Assembly: GCF_000015585.1 (NCBI RefSeq)
Contig: NC_008789.1
Coordinates: 1,170,001 to 1,202,000 of the forward strand
Direction of reading: 5' to 3'
DNA: 32,000 nt
From: Halorhodospira halophila SL1
Lineage (GTDB): Bacteria > Pseudomonadota > Gammaproteobacteria > Nitrococcales > Halorhodospiraceae
The position numbers and the translations under genes were made by a program. Of the stretch, positions 1-10,175 are shown piece by piece. Position 1 is the first letter of the stretch, and each line of letters begins with the position of its first letter. The notes beneath the pieces are model-generated. The model ran no database searches. It was not told the origin of the DNA and saw nothing but the letters and a program-made list of their open reading frames with translations.

Positions 1-502
1 CTTCCCGCTGCTGCCAACCGGGGGGATGGTGGCGGTACCGCCGCCCGAGGACCCGTGGGCCTACGCGGCCAGCGTGATCCGGCACATGGCCCTGCCGGTG
101 GCGGCGATGTTCATCGCCCAGATCTTCATATCGATCTACTCGTGGCGAACCTTCTTTCTCATCCACTCCAGCGAGGACTACGTGGAGATGGCCCGGGCCA
201 AGGGGCTACCCGACGCGCTGGTCGAGCAGCGTTACATCCTGCGGCCGACGCTCTCGCCGATCATCACCAGCTTCCTGCTGATGCTCATCGGCCTGTGGAG
301 CGGGGCGATCATCCTCGAGCAGGTGTTCAACTGGCCGGGCCTGGGGACACTGCTGTTCGAGGCCATCGGCCACCGTGACACGCCGGTGATCATCGGCTCG
401 GTGGTCGTCTTCGCCTACCTGCTGGCGGTCACCGTGTTCCTGCTGGATTTCCTCTACGCCATCCTGGACCCGCGGGTCCGTATCGACGGGGGGCAGCGAT
501 GA
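1..502 (+). CDS. ABC transporter permease, DppB/OppB type (5' end cut by window edge)
   Basis: The frame is open from nt 2, so the listed ORF at 26..502 is only the part after an internal Met. The C-terminal hydrophobic segments and the ending ...AILDPRVRI are typical of binding-protein-dependent peptide permeases. The stop overlaps the next permease start (ATGA at 499-502). Confidence 0.85.
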   Translation, partial: FPLLPTGGMVAVPPPEDPWAYAASVIRHMALPVAAMFIAQIFISIYSWRTFFLIHSSEDYVEMARAKGLPDALVEQRYILRPTLSPIITSFLLMLIGLWSGAIILEQVFNWPGLGTLLFEAIGHRDTPVIIGSVVVFAYLLAVTVFLLDFLYAILDPRVRIDGGQR

Positions 503-1832
503 TCCGCTGGCGCGACGGACTCACCCAGGTACGACGCTACCCTTCGGCCGTGGTGGGGCTGCTGATCATCGCCATGCTGCTCGCCACCGCGGTCTACGCC
601 GTCACCGCCATCCCCTACTCCGAGGCGCAGAAGCTCTGGCGCGGCGGCGATGCCTGGCAGGATCTGCCGGTCAACGCCAGCCCGGCATGGACCGATCGGC
701 TCTTCGGTGGCGAGGCGCCGCGCACCATCACTGCCTCCAGCGACGACGCGCCCACCGAGACCCAGGACCTGGGCGCGGCCCGGCTCGAGACCACCACCCT
801 CAAGGTGGACTTTCCGTACGACGATTTCCCTTCGGAGATCAACCTGTTCCTCGAGGCGGAGTTCGAGGAGGGCCAGCCCTTTGCACGGGTCTACTGGCGC
901 ACCCCGGACGGCCAGGAGATCCCCATCGACGCCCGGCGGATCGGCGAGCGGGAACGCTTCTCGATCTCCCAGGACCGGCAGCTGGAAAGCCGGCTGGGCT
1001 TCCCGCCCCAGGTCGGCCTGTTCACCGACGCCGAGCCCGGCACGCCGAACCCGGTGGTGCGCGGCGGCACCTACGAGTTGATCATCGAGACGGTGCACTT
1101 TGAGGAGTTGGCCCGGATGCACGCTGACCTGGTCGTCTACGGGCAGGTCCACGGCGCCTTCGGCACCGACCACCAGCGCCGCGATCTGGCTGTCGCCCTG
1201 CTCTGGGGCACACCGGTGGCGCTGGCCTTTGGGCTGCTGGCCGCCGTCGGCACCACGATCACCACCCTGATCATCGCCGCCACCGGGGTCTGGTACGGCG
1301 GCTGGGTAGACGCCACCATCCAGCGGCTCACCGAGGTGAACATCATCCTGCCGCTGCTGCCCATCCTGGTGATGATCGGCACCCTCTACTCGACCAGCAT
1401 CTGGCTGATGCTCGGCGTGGTGGTGGTGCTGGGCATATTCAGCGCCGGGATCAAGATGTACCGCTCCATGCTCCTGCCCATCCGCCAGGCACCCTACATC
1501 GAGGCAGCCCGCGCTTACGGGGCCAGCGGCGGGCGGATCATCCTGCGCTACATGGTGCCGCGGATCCTGCCGGTACTGATCCCGACCTTCGTGACCCTGA
1601 TCCCCACGTACGTCTTCCTGGAGGCGTCGCTGGCGGTCCTCGGCCTGGGTGACCCGGTGCTACCGACCTGGGGCAAGGTCCTCCACGACGCCCAGGCCCA
1701 GAGCGCGCTCTACCACGGGTTCTACTACTGGGTGCTGTCACCGGCGGCGCTCTTGATGCTGACCGGGCTCGGCTTTGCCATGCTCGGCTTTGCCCTGGAC
1801 CGGATCTTCAACCCGCGGCTGAGGAGCATCTG

Positions 1833-1833
<1 letters not shown>
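499..1833 (+). CDS. ABC transporter permease, DppC/OppC type, with unusually long periplasmic loop after TM1
   Basis: 444 aa. An N-terminal TM segment (YPSAVVGLLIIAMLLATAVYAV) is followed by about 185 hydrophilic residues. Then come the GTDHQRRDL..LLWG motif and the multi-TM permease core. The gene is coupled by ATGA to the upstream permease and by a TGATG overlap (1831-1835) to the downstream ATPase. Confidence 0.85.
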
Positions 1834-2806
<973 letters not shown>

Positions 2807-2810
<4 letters not shown>

Positions 2811-3826
2811 GCTCGCACGCACCCATGGCGCAACCGACCGTCGGCGCCGACGAGGCCCTGCTCCGGGTCGACGGCCTCTACACCCACTTCGAGCTGCGTC
2901 AGTGGGGCTTCCTGCGTACCGGCACGGTACACGCCGTCGACGGCGTCACCTTCACCCTGGACGCCGGGGAGGCCGTCGCTGTGGTGGGCGAGAGCGGCTG
3001 CGGCAAGAGTTCGCTGGCGCGCACCCTGCTCGCTCTCCACCGGCCCACCGCGGGCTCGGTGCGTTTTGCCGGTACCGAGCTGGGTGCGCTCAACGGCGCG
3101 GCCCTCAAGGCGTACCGGGCCCAGGTCGGCTATGTCCAACAGGATCCCTACGGGGCCCTGCCACCGTTCATGGAGGTGAAGCGGATTCTAGCCGAGCCGC
3201 TGATCATCCACGGCGTTCGCCCGCGGGCCGAGCGCTGGCGGCGGATCAAGGCGGCCCTGGAGGAGGTCGGCCTGACACCGGCGGCCGACGTTGCCGCGAA
3301 GTTTCCCCACCAGCTCAGCGGCGGGCAGCAGCAGCGTGTGGTCATCGCCCGCGCCCTGCTGCTGCGCCCGGCGATGATCATCGCCGACGAGCCCGTCTCC
3401 ATGCTCGACGCTTCGGTGCGGGTGGAGATCCTCAACCTGCTCCATCGCATCCAGCAGGAGCACCGGCTGGCCCTGCTCTACATCACCCACGACCTCTCCA
3501 CGGTCCGCCACTACGTGGACCGAGCCATGGTGATGTACGGCGGACGGATCATCGAACAGGCGCCGGTGGGCGCGCTGCTCCAGCGCCCGCAGCACCCGTA
3601 TACCGAGGCCCTGCTCAGCGCGCTCGGGGATCCCGACGCCGCTAACGCCGGACGGCCGCGCCCGGTCCCCGGGGGCGAGGCCCCGAGCCTGATCCAGCCA
3701 CCCTCCGGCTGCCGCTACCATCCACGCTGTCCGTACGCCATGGTCAACCGCTGCGAGCTGGACCCGCCGCCCCCGGACTTCCGGCCCCACCCGGAGCACC
3801 GCGCCGCCTGCTGGCTGCGCGAGTAG
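2807..3826 (+). CDS. ABC transporter ATP-binding protein, DppF/OppF-like
   Basis: Walker A GESGCGKSS, signature LSGGQQQRV, Walker B IIADEPVSMLD and C-terminal GCRYHPRCPYA. I chose the ATG at 2807 because it forms an ATGA overlap with the upstream stop. The listed ORF start at 2774 is an alternative. Confidence 0.88.
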
Positions 3827-3832
3827 GCCCCG

Positions 3833-4414
3833 ATGCGTGGCGTCGAGCGTATCCCGTGGCTCTATGACACCGGCATGGCCGTCTGCGAGCGCCTGGGCAT
3901 GGGTCGCTGGCGCCAGGCGCTGGTCGACGGGGCCCGGGGTCGGGTCCTGGAGGTGGGGTGCGGGACCGGGCGGACACTGCCACTGTACCCGGCAGGGACC
4001 ACGGTCTGGGGCATCGATCCGGACGCCGCAGCCCTGCGCCGGGCCCGGCGCAGGGCGCCGCAGGCCCCGCTGTGCGTGGGTCGCGCCGAGGCGCTGCCCT
4101 TCCCGGCGGGCCACTTCGACACCGTCACCACCAGCCTGAGCTTCTGCAGCGTGGGGGACGTGGCGGCGGGGCTGGCGGAGATCCGTCGGGTCCTCGACGG
4201 CGACGGGGTGCTGCGCATGCTCGAGCATGTCCGCTCTCCGGGGCTGGCGGGCCGGATCCAGGATCGCATCCAGCCGGCCTGGACCACGCTGAGCGGCGGC
4301 TGCCACTTGAACCGCGATACCGAAGCGGCCGTCCGAGCGGCGGGGTTCCGGATCGACGACGCCTCGCGCCAGGCCCGCGGGGTCATGCGCTGCTTCGCCG
4401 CTTATAAGGTGTAG
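3833..4414 (+). CDS. class I SAM-dependent methyltransferase
   Basis: 193 aa with SAM-binding motif I (VLEVGCGTGR) and a Methyltransf_11-like layout. It starts 7 nt after the ABC ATPase stop. Confidence 0.75.
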   Translation: MRGVERIPWLYDTGMAVCERLGMGRWRQALVDGARGRVLEVGCGTGRTLPLYPAGTTVWGIDPDAAALRRARRRAPQAPLCVGRAEALPFPAGHFDTVTTSLSFCSVGDVAAGLAEIRRVLDGDGVLRMLEHVRSPGLAGRIQDRIQPAWTTLSGGCHLNRDTEAAVRAAGFRIDDASRQARGVMRCFAAYKV

Positions 4415-4417
4415 CCA

Positions 4418-4687
4418 TCACTGCGGGCGCAGCCGCTGCCACAGATCGGCCAGGTGCGCCGCCAACCCCGCCAGCAGCCACGCCGAGACCCAGTACCAGG
4501 CGGCATCGGTCAGCGCCGCGCGCAGCGCCAGCAGCAGAAAGCCACCCGCCGCCAGCGTGGTCACCAGGGTCCCCGGGGCCAGCCCCCACCCGCTACGCCG
4601 GTAAACCAGATAGAGGAGCGCCCCCTCGAGGACCATCAGCAGCAGGATGGCGTCGATGATCCGGCCGGTGTCGAACAGTTCAACCAT
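4418..4687 (-). CDS. small hydrophobic membrane protein, function unknown
   Basis: 89 aa, about three predicted TM helices and Trp/Arg-flanked segments. It starts 9 nt downstream of the patatin-like gene stop on the same strand. I recognise no family. Confidence 0.5.
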   Translation of the reverse strand: MVELFDTGRIIDAILLLMVLEGALLYLVYRRSGWGLAPGTLVTTLAAGGFLLLALRAALTDAAWYWVSAWLLAGLAAHLADLWQRLRPQ

Positions 4688-4696
4688 CGGCCCGCA

Positions 4697-5620
4697 TCAC
4701 CACTGGTCGAGCAGCTCGCGCAGCTCGTCTTGCAGGGCATCGACCTCGGACTGCGCCTGCTCGAGGATGGTGTCCACCTTGTGGAAGTCGAGCACGCGGA
4801 TATCGCGGATCTCCGGGCTGATGAGAATATCCGGCGCCTCGCGCCGTCTCTTCTCTTGCAGGATCGAGTACTGCATGATCTGGAAGGTGTTGAAGATGTT
4901 GTCCAGATAGGCGGGATTGTTCAGGGTTTCGCCCCCGCCCTCCTCGCGACTGCCGAGCACGTTCACCGCCACGACCACATCACAATCCTCGCTAAGCAGA
5001 TCGAAGGGCACCGGATTGGTCAGCCCGCCATCCACCAGCACGCGGTCGCGGTAGGACACCGGGCTGAACAGCCCGGGCATCGCCATGCTCGCCTGCACCG
5101 CTGGCCAGAGCGCCCCGGCGTCGAAGACCACCGCCTCACGCTCCCAGTAGTCGGTGGCCACCACCTGCAGCGGGATCTCGAGTTCACCGAAGCGCGATAC
5201 ACCGGTCTTTTTACGCAGGTGAGCGATAAAGGCGTCGGACTCTACCAGCCCGCCGTCGCGCCCGGACGGCTGCACGAAGTCCAGCCACTGTCGCCACTTG
5301 CCGCCCATCAGGGTCCGCAGCCAGTTCTCGTCCTGATCGGCGACGAGTTCGTCGATCCCCGCGCGGATCTCTTCGGCGCTCAGGCCGGCCGCGTAGAGCG
5401 CGCCCATGATGGCGCCGATGCTGCAGCCACTGATCCGGTGCGGCCGCACACCGAGTTCCTCGAGGGCCTCGAAGACCAGCAGGTGGGACAGGCCGCGGGC
5501 CCCGCCACTGCCCAGCGCCAGGCCAATACGCGGCCCGCCCTCCCCTTCGGCGGCCCGGGCACCGGAGAGGGGGGCCGCCGACATCCCCACCAGCGGCAAC
5601 ATGGATGCGCTGACCATCAT
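4697..5620 (-). CDS. patatin-like phospholipase (RssA/YchK-like), probable signal peptide
   Basis: Oxyanion motif GSGGARG, nucleophile elbow GCSIG (GxSxG) and catalytic Asp motif VDGGL. I chose the start at ATGATG (5620). That gives the hydrophobic N-terminus MMVSASMLPLVGMSAAPLSGARA. The listed ORF extends to 5803 and would overlap the upstream gene. Confidence 0.85.
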   Translation of the reverse strand: MMVSASMLPLVGMSAAPLSGARAAEGEGGPRIGLALGSGGARGLSHLLVFEALEELGVRPHRISGCSIGAIMGALYAAGLSAEEIRAGIDELVADQDENWLRTLMGGKWRQWLDFVQPSGRDGGLVESDAFIAHLRKKTGVSRFGELEIPLQVVATDYWEREAVVFDAGALWPAVQASMAMPGLFSPVSYRDRVLVDGGLTNPVPFDLLSEDCDVVVAVNVLGSREEGGGETLNNPAYLDNIFNTFQIMQYSILQEKRRREAPDILISPEIRDIRVLDFHKVDTILEQAQSEVDALQDELRELLDQW

Positions 5621-5756
5621 CTTCAGGGTATGCCGTCGCGGGCGATCGGGCAGGTCTCGTGTCACTTCGGATCCTCGACTCGGGGGCGTGGGGGCGTGAT
5701 ACCGGGTGCTGCTGCAGGGCACCCTCTGAACATAGCAAGTCCGGATGCCGCTGTCG

Positions 5757-6410
5757 TCACGGCGACGCCGCGCCGGCCGGGCGGTGCAGTAGGGCCACAT
5801 CACTGCGCGGCAGGTACAGCTGCGCCCCCCAGCGCCGGGCGAGCCAGTGGAAGGTCGCCTCGGCGTAGAAGGCCACGTGTGTGGGGTCGCGCAGATAGTG
5901 CCAGGTCGGGAACGCCTCAGCGGGCGGCTGCCGCTTGGTCATGATGCCCAGCCATCCCCCGGGGCGCAGACACCCCCAGAGGCCGTCGAGCTCGGCGGCC
6001 GGCTCGGCCAGGTGCTCGACCACCTCGGTGGCGGTGACCAGCTCATAGCGTTCGCGCAGCGGCGCCGGGTCGGGGTAGTAGAAGGGGTCGTAGACGGCGG
6101 TCCGGTACCCCGCCTCCCGGAACATCGCCGCCAGGGCCGGGCCGTGGCCACAGCCGAAGTCGAGCAACTGCGCCGGCGGCGGCACCGTCGCCATCAGCGG
6201 ATCGGCAACCCGGGCCAGGAAACGCCGATACCCCGGATCGTCCACCGCATTCTGGTGCTGGTCGTAGACCGCCTTCTCGTCCGGCGTGGACAGGTGCTGA
6301 TCCGGCGGCACATGAACCAGGGCACAACTCGGGCACCGGTAGTAGTCCCGCTCGGCGCGGTGGAACAACCGTGCCGCATCGGTACAGAGGGGACACGGAC
6401 GCATGCTCAC
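5757..6410 (-). CDS. SAM-dependent methyltransferase with N-terminal CxxC...CxxC zinc-ribbon
   Basis: 217 aa. It has CPLC...CPSC at the N-terminus and SAM motif I LLDFGCGHGP. The start overlaps the upstream lipoprotein stop by 4 nt. Confidence 0.7.
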   Translation of the reverse strand: MSMRPCPLCTDAARLFHRAERDYYRCPSCALVHVPPDQHLSTPDEKAVYDQHQNAVDDPGYRRFLARVADPLMATVPPPAQLLDFGCGHGPALAAMFREAGYRTAVYDPFYYPDPAPLRERYELVTATEVVEHLAEPAAELDGLWGCLRPGGWLGIMTKRQPPAEAFPTWHYLRDPTHVAFYAEATFHWLARRWGAQLYLPRSDVALLHRPAGAASP

Positions 6411-7246
6411 GGCGCCCCCTCGGCCCCCGTGCGGATCGCCTCAAGGCGCCTCCCGTCGGCGGTCATCAACCGCAGACGGTCCTCGTCGGGCATGTAGAGG
6501 AAATGGACATCCGCCAGCACGCCGAGATAGCGCTGCTCGGCCTCGGTCAGGTCGGCATCACTGCAGGCCATGCGGGTGGCGGCCAGGCCACTGAATACGA
6601 TCCGCTCGCCGGTGAGCCGGTAGCCGCCCAGGTAACGATTGCACGGCGCCTGCCCGTGCACCCTTCCCTCGCAATCGAAGCTCAGGGTCACCACCGTCTC
6701 GGGGGACTGGCCGTCGACGGCGACGATCTGCCACCCGCCGTCGGTCAGCAACGCGTGGGGATCGCCGCCGCAGCCACGGTGCCCTTCGCCGTCGAGCTGG
6801 TAGTGCACCCGATAGGGGTGCGGCATGCCCGTGGCCAAGTCGGCGCACAGCGCCTGCTCGACCACCACCTCCAACGACCGACCGTCGTCGGTCTCGGCGG
6901 TATAACGCTGACCCGCGTCCGTGGTCTCCGGGGCGGGTTGCTCGGCGGTGACCTCGACCTGGCCGTAGTCGGCCAGCAGACGCAGCTGCTCCCCGTCCAT
7001 GCGCAGCATCCAGCCAGGTTCCTGGCCACGAGCGACGAAGGATTGGTCGACGGTACCCAGCCCCGGCGCCGGCTCCGGCGCGGTGTCCGGCGTCTCGGCG
7101 GACTCCGCCGACGGAGCTGGGGGCGTCTCCTCGGGGGCCGGGACCACCTCGGCGTCCGGCGCCTGTTCGGGGGCAGCGCAGGCGGCCAGCAAGAGCAGCA
7201 TCAGCCAGACAGTAACGGCGGGAGCGAAGGTACGAAGGGCGGTCAT
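6407..7246 (-). CDS. lipoprotein with C-terminal META (HslJ-like) domain
   Basis: Signal peptide plus lipobox (LLLLAAC) and an Ala/Pro/Glu-rich linker. The C-terminal half resembles the META domain (GQAPCNRYLGGYRLTGERIVF...MAC). I chose the ATG at 7246; the listed ORF start at 7264 is a TTG. Confidence 0.7.
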   Translation of the reverse strand: MTALRTFAPAVTVWLMLLLLAACAAPEQAPDAEVVPAPEETPPAPSAESAETPDTAPEPAPGLGTVDQSFVARGQEPGWMLRMDGEQLRLLADYGQVEVTAEQPAPETTDAGQRYTAETDDGRSLEVVVEQALCADLATGMPHPYRVHYQLDGEGHRGCGGDPHALLTDGGWQIVAVDGQSPETVVTLSFDCEGRVHGQAPCNRYLGGYRLTGERIVFSGLAATRMACSDADLTEAEQRYLGVLADVHFLYMPDEDRLRLMTADGRRLEAIRTGAEGAP

Positions 7247-7306
7247 GGCTCCAGAATACCCCAAAACTGTCGCCCAGCGGGGCCGCTGGCGCTGACCCGA
7301 CCGGCG

Positions 7307-7328
7307 GCCGCCCCCGGGCGGGGGCGGC
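7307..7328 (-). terminator. GC-rich hairpin downstream of lpdA (possible terminator, no U-tract)
   Basis: A 9-bp perfect stem, gccgccccc / gggggcggc, with a 4-nt loop. It lies 19 nt beyond the lpdA stop. No U-run follows on the minus strand, so intrinsic termination is uncertain. Confidence 0.25.
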
Positions 7329-7346
7329 GCGGGGGCCTGAGCCGGC

Positions 7347-8768
7347 TCAGTTGGCCTTGTGGATCGCCCGCTTGCCGACGGCCAGGGCCGCCTCGTGGAC
7401 CGTCTCGGAGAGCGTCGGGTGGGCGTGGATGGTCCGGGCGATGTCCTCGGCGGAACCGGCGAACTCCATGGTCACCACGGCCTCGGCAATGAGCTCGGAG
7501 GCCTGCGGGCCGATGATATGGGCCCCGAGCAGCCGGTCGGTCTCGGCGTGGGCGATGAGCTTGACCATCCCCGCCGTCTGATCCATGGCGCGGGCCCGAC
7601 CATTGGCAGCGAAGCCGAAAACCCCGGTGTTGTAGGGGATGCCGGCCTTCTTCAGCTGCTCCTCGGTCCGGCCCACCCAGGCGATCTCGGGGTCGGTGTA
7701 GATGACCCAGGGGATGGTCTCGTAGTTGAGGTGCCCCCCCTTACCGGCGATCCGTTCGGCCACCACGATCCCCTCTTCCTGGCCCTTGTGGGCGAGCATC
7801 GGGCCGCGGACCACGTCACCGACGGCGTAGACGTCCGGCAGGTTGGTCTTGCAGTCCTCGTCGACGTTGATGAAGCCGCGCTCATCGAGGAGCAGGTCCA
7901 CCTCCTTGGAGCACAGGTCGTCGGTGTTCGGGCGACGGCCGACGCAGACGATGAGGCGATCGACCTCCAGCTCCTGCTTCCCGTTCTTGTCCTCGTAGGA
8001 GACCGTGACCGAGCCATCGACCCGGGTGCCGGTCACCCGGCAGCCCAAGCGGATGTCCAGGCCCTGCTTCTTGAACTCCTTCTGCGCGGTGCGCGCCACC
8101 TGGCGGTCCACCGGCCCGAGGAACTCGTCCTGCGCCTCGAGCAGCACGACCTCGGAACCAAGCCGGCTCCACACCGACCCCATCTCCAGGCCGATGACCC
8201 CGGCGCCGATGATACCGAGTCGCTCCGGGACCTCGGTGAAGTCCAGGGCCCGATCGGAGTTGACGATGCGTTCGTGATCCAGTGGTGCGGCGCCGAGCTC
8301 GACACTCTGCGAGCCCGTGGCCAGCACCACGGAGTCAGCGCTGTGCCGCTCGGTGCTGCCATCCGGACGGCGCACCTCCACGGTCTTCGCCTCGACCAGC
8401 TGACCGTGGCCGTGCAGCCACTCGATCTTGTTGGCCTTGAACAGCTGGCGGATGCCGCCGGTCAGGTCCTTCACCACCCGATCCTTGCGGGCGATCATCT
8501 TCTCGACATCCAGCTCCACCCCCTGGGCCGTGATGCCGTGGGCGCTGAGCTGGTGGGTGACCTTGTGGTACTGCTCGGAGCTGTCGAGCAGCGCCTTGGA
8601 GGGGATGCAGCCGACGTTCAGGCAGGTCCCGCCCAGGGCGGGTTCGCCGTCCTTGAAGACGAAGGCGTCGACCACGGCGGTGCGCATGCCCAGCTGGGCG
8701 CAGCGGATGGCAGCGCTGTAGCCGGCGGGACCGGCACCGATGACGATGACATCGTAGTGATTGGACAT
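7347..8768 (-). CDS. lpdA: dihydrolipoyl dehydrogenase (E3)
   Basis: FAD-binding motif YDVIVIGAGPAGY, redox-active disulfide GGTCLNVGCIPSK and C-terminal HAHPTLSE. The start is set at MSNHYDV (8768). The listed ORF has 17 extra N-terminal residues. Confidence 0.95.
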   Translation of the reverse strand: MSNHYDVIVIGAGPAGYSAAIRCAQLGMRTAVVDAFVFKDGEPALGGTCLNVGCIPSKALLDSSEQYHKVTHQLSAHGITAQGVELDVEKMIARKDRVVKDLTGGIRQLFKANKIEWLHGHGQLVEAKTVEVRRPDGSTERHSADSVVLATGSQSVELGAAPLDHERIVNSDRALDFTEVPERLGIIGAGVIGLEMGSVWSRLGSEVVLLEAQDEFLGPVDRQVARTAQKEFKKQGLDIRLGCRVTGTRVDGSVTVSYEDKNGKQELEVDRLIVCVGRRPNTDDLCSKEVDLLLDERGFINVDEDCKTNLPDVYAVGDVVRGPMLAHKGQEEGIVVAERIAGKGGHLNYETIPWVIYTDPEIAWVGRTEEQLKKAGIPYNTGVFGFAANGRARAMDQTAGMVKLIAHAETDRLLGAHIIGPQASELIAEAVVTMEFAGSAEDIARTIHAHPTLSETVHEAALAVGKRAIHKAN

Positions 8769-8834
8769 GTTGCGACCCTGTTCTGTGGTTGTGTGTGCGC
8801 TCGGACGCATCCGGCCCACGAGGGGCCTGCGCCG

Positions 8835-10124
8835 CTAGACCTCGAGCAGCAGGCGGGCGGGATCCTCGATGCAGTCCTTGATGGTCACCAGGAACTGCAC
8901 GGCTTCCCGGCCGTCGATGAGGCGATGGTCGTAGGTGTGGGCCAGGTACATCATCGGCCGGACCACGATCTCACCGTCTTCGACCACCGGCCGTTCCTGG
9001 ATCTTGTGCATCCCCAGGATGCCGCTCTGCGGCGGGTTGATGATCGGCGTGGAGAGCAGCGAGCCGAAGATGCCGCCGTTGGTAACGGTGAAGGTCCCGC
9101 CGGTGAGCTCGTCCATGCTCAGCTTGCCCTGCTGGGCGCGCTTGCCGAGCTCGTTGATCTGCGCCTCGATCTCGGCGAAGGAGAGGCGATCGGCATCGCG
9201 GAGCACCGGCACCACCAGGCCGCGCGGCGAGGAGACGGCGATGCCGATGTCGTAATACCCGTGGTAGATGATGTCCTGCCCATCGATGGAGGCATTGACC
9301 GCCGGGTAGCGCTTGAGGGCCTCCACCGCCGCCTTGACGAAGAACGACATAAAACCCAGGCGCACGTCGTGGGCCTTTTCGAAGCGCTCGCGGTAACGGG
9401 CGCGCAGATCCATCACCGGCTGCATGTTCACCTCGTTGAAGGTGGTGAGCATGGCCGCGTTCTGCTGCGCCTCGACCAGCCGCTCGGCGATGCGCTGGCG
9501 CAGGCGGGTCATCGGTACCCGCTGCTCGGGCCGCCCCCCCAGGGGGGCGGCTGCGGCGGACTCCTCGGCGGGAGCGCTCTGCGGCGCTGTAGCCGCTGTG
9601 GGCGCCGCCTCGGCCTCGGCGCGACGCTCCAGGTGGCGCAGGACGTCCTCCTTGGTCAGGCGCCCGTCCCCACTGGACGATTCGATCTGCGCCGGATCGA
9701 GCCCGTGCTCGCGGACCAGTCGGCGCACCGCCGGGCTCAGACCATCCAGGCTGGCTGCTGGAGCCGGGGCCTCCGCCGCCGGCGGGGCCGCGCCGGAGGC
9801 CGCGTCACCGGCGCTCCCCGGGGCCGACTCCGCCGACGCCTGTCCGCCCGCGGCTGCCGCCGAGGCGACCTCGGCCGCCGGGGCCGCACCCGCCTCGACA
9901 CGGCCGAGGACGTCGTCCGGCGTCACCGTATCGCCCACGGCCCGGTCGATCGCCTCCAGCACACCGTCGGCGGGGGCCGGGACCTCCAGGACAACCTTAT
10001 CGGTCTCCAGGTCGACCAGGTTCTGGTCCTGGGTCACCGCCTCCCCGGGCTGTTTGTGCCAGGCCACCACTGTCGCCTCACTGACGGACTCGGGCAGCGC
10101 TGGAACCTTGATCTCGACGCTCAT
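8835..10124 (-). CDS. sucB: dihydrolipoyllysine-residue succinyltransferase (E2 of 2-oxoglutarate dehydrogenase)
   Basis: Lipoyl domain with [12 protein letters not shown], Ala/Pro-rich linkers, E3-binding segment [19 protein letters not shown] and catalytic DHRLIDG. Confidence 0.93.
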   Translation of the reverse strand: MSVEIKVPALPESVSEATVVAWHKQPGEAVTQDQNLVDLETDKVVLEVPAPADGVLEAIDRAVGDTVTPDDVLGRVEAGAAPAAEVASAAAAGGQASAESAPGSAGDAASGAAPPAAEAPAPAASLDGLSPAVRRLVREHGLDPAQIESSSGDGRLTKEDVLRHLERRAEAEAAPTAATAPQSAPAEESAAAAPLGGRPEQRVPMTRLRQRIAERLVEAQQNAAMLTTFNEVNMQPVMDLRARYRERFEKAHDVRLGFMSFFVKAAVEALKRYPAVNASIDGQDIIYHGYYDIGIAVSSPRGLVVPVLRDADRLSFAEIEAQINELGKRAQQGKLSMDELTGGTFTVTNGGIFGSLLSTPIINPPQSGILGMHKIQERPVVEDGEIVVRPMMYLAHTYDHRLIDGREAVQFLVTIKDCIEDPARLLLEV

Positions 10125-10175
10125 GCAGGTCCCCTTCTCTGGTGTTCTCGTGCGGACTCCGTTGCCACGTGCCGG

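Noticed and set aside
4697-5620. The patatin-like phospholipase as an effector of a CBASS-like or other anti-phage system.
   Set aside because: No cyclase/nucleotidyltransferase, E1/E2-like, sensor or other defence-associated gene is adjacent. The protein has a signal-peptide-like N-terminus and an RssA/YchK-like layout. The surrounding genes are housekeeping.
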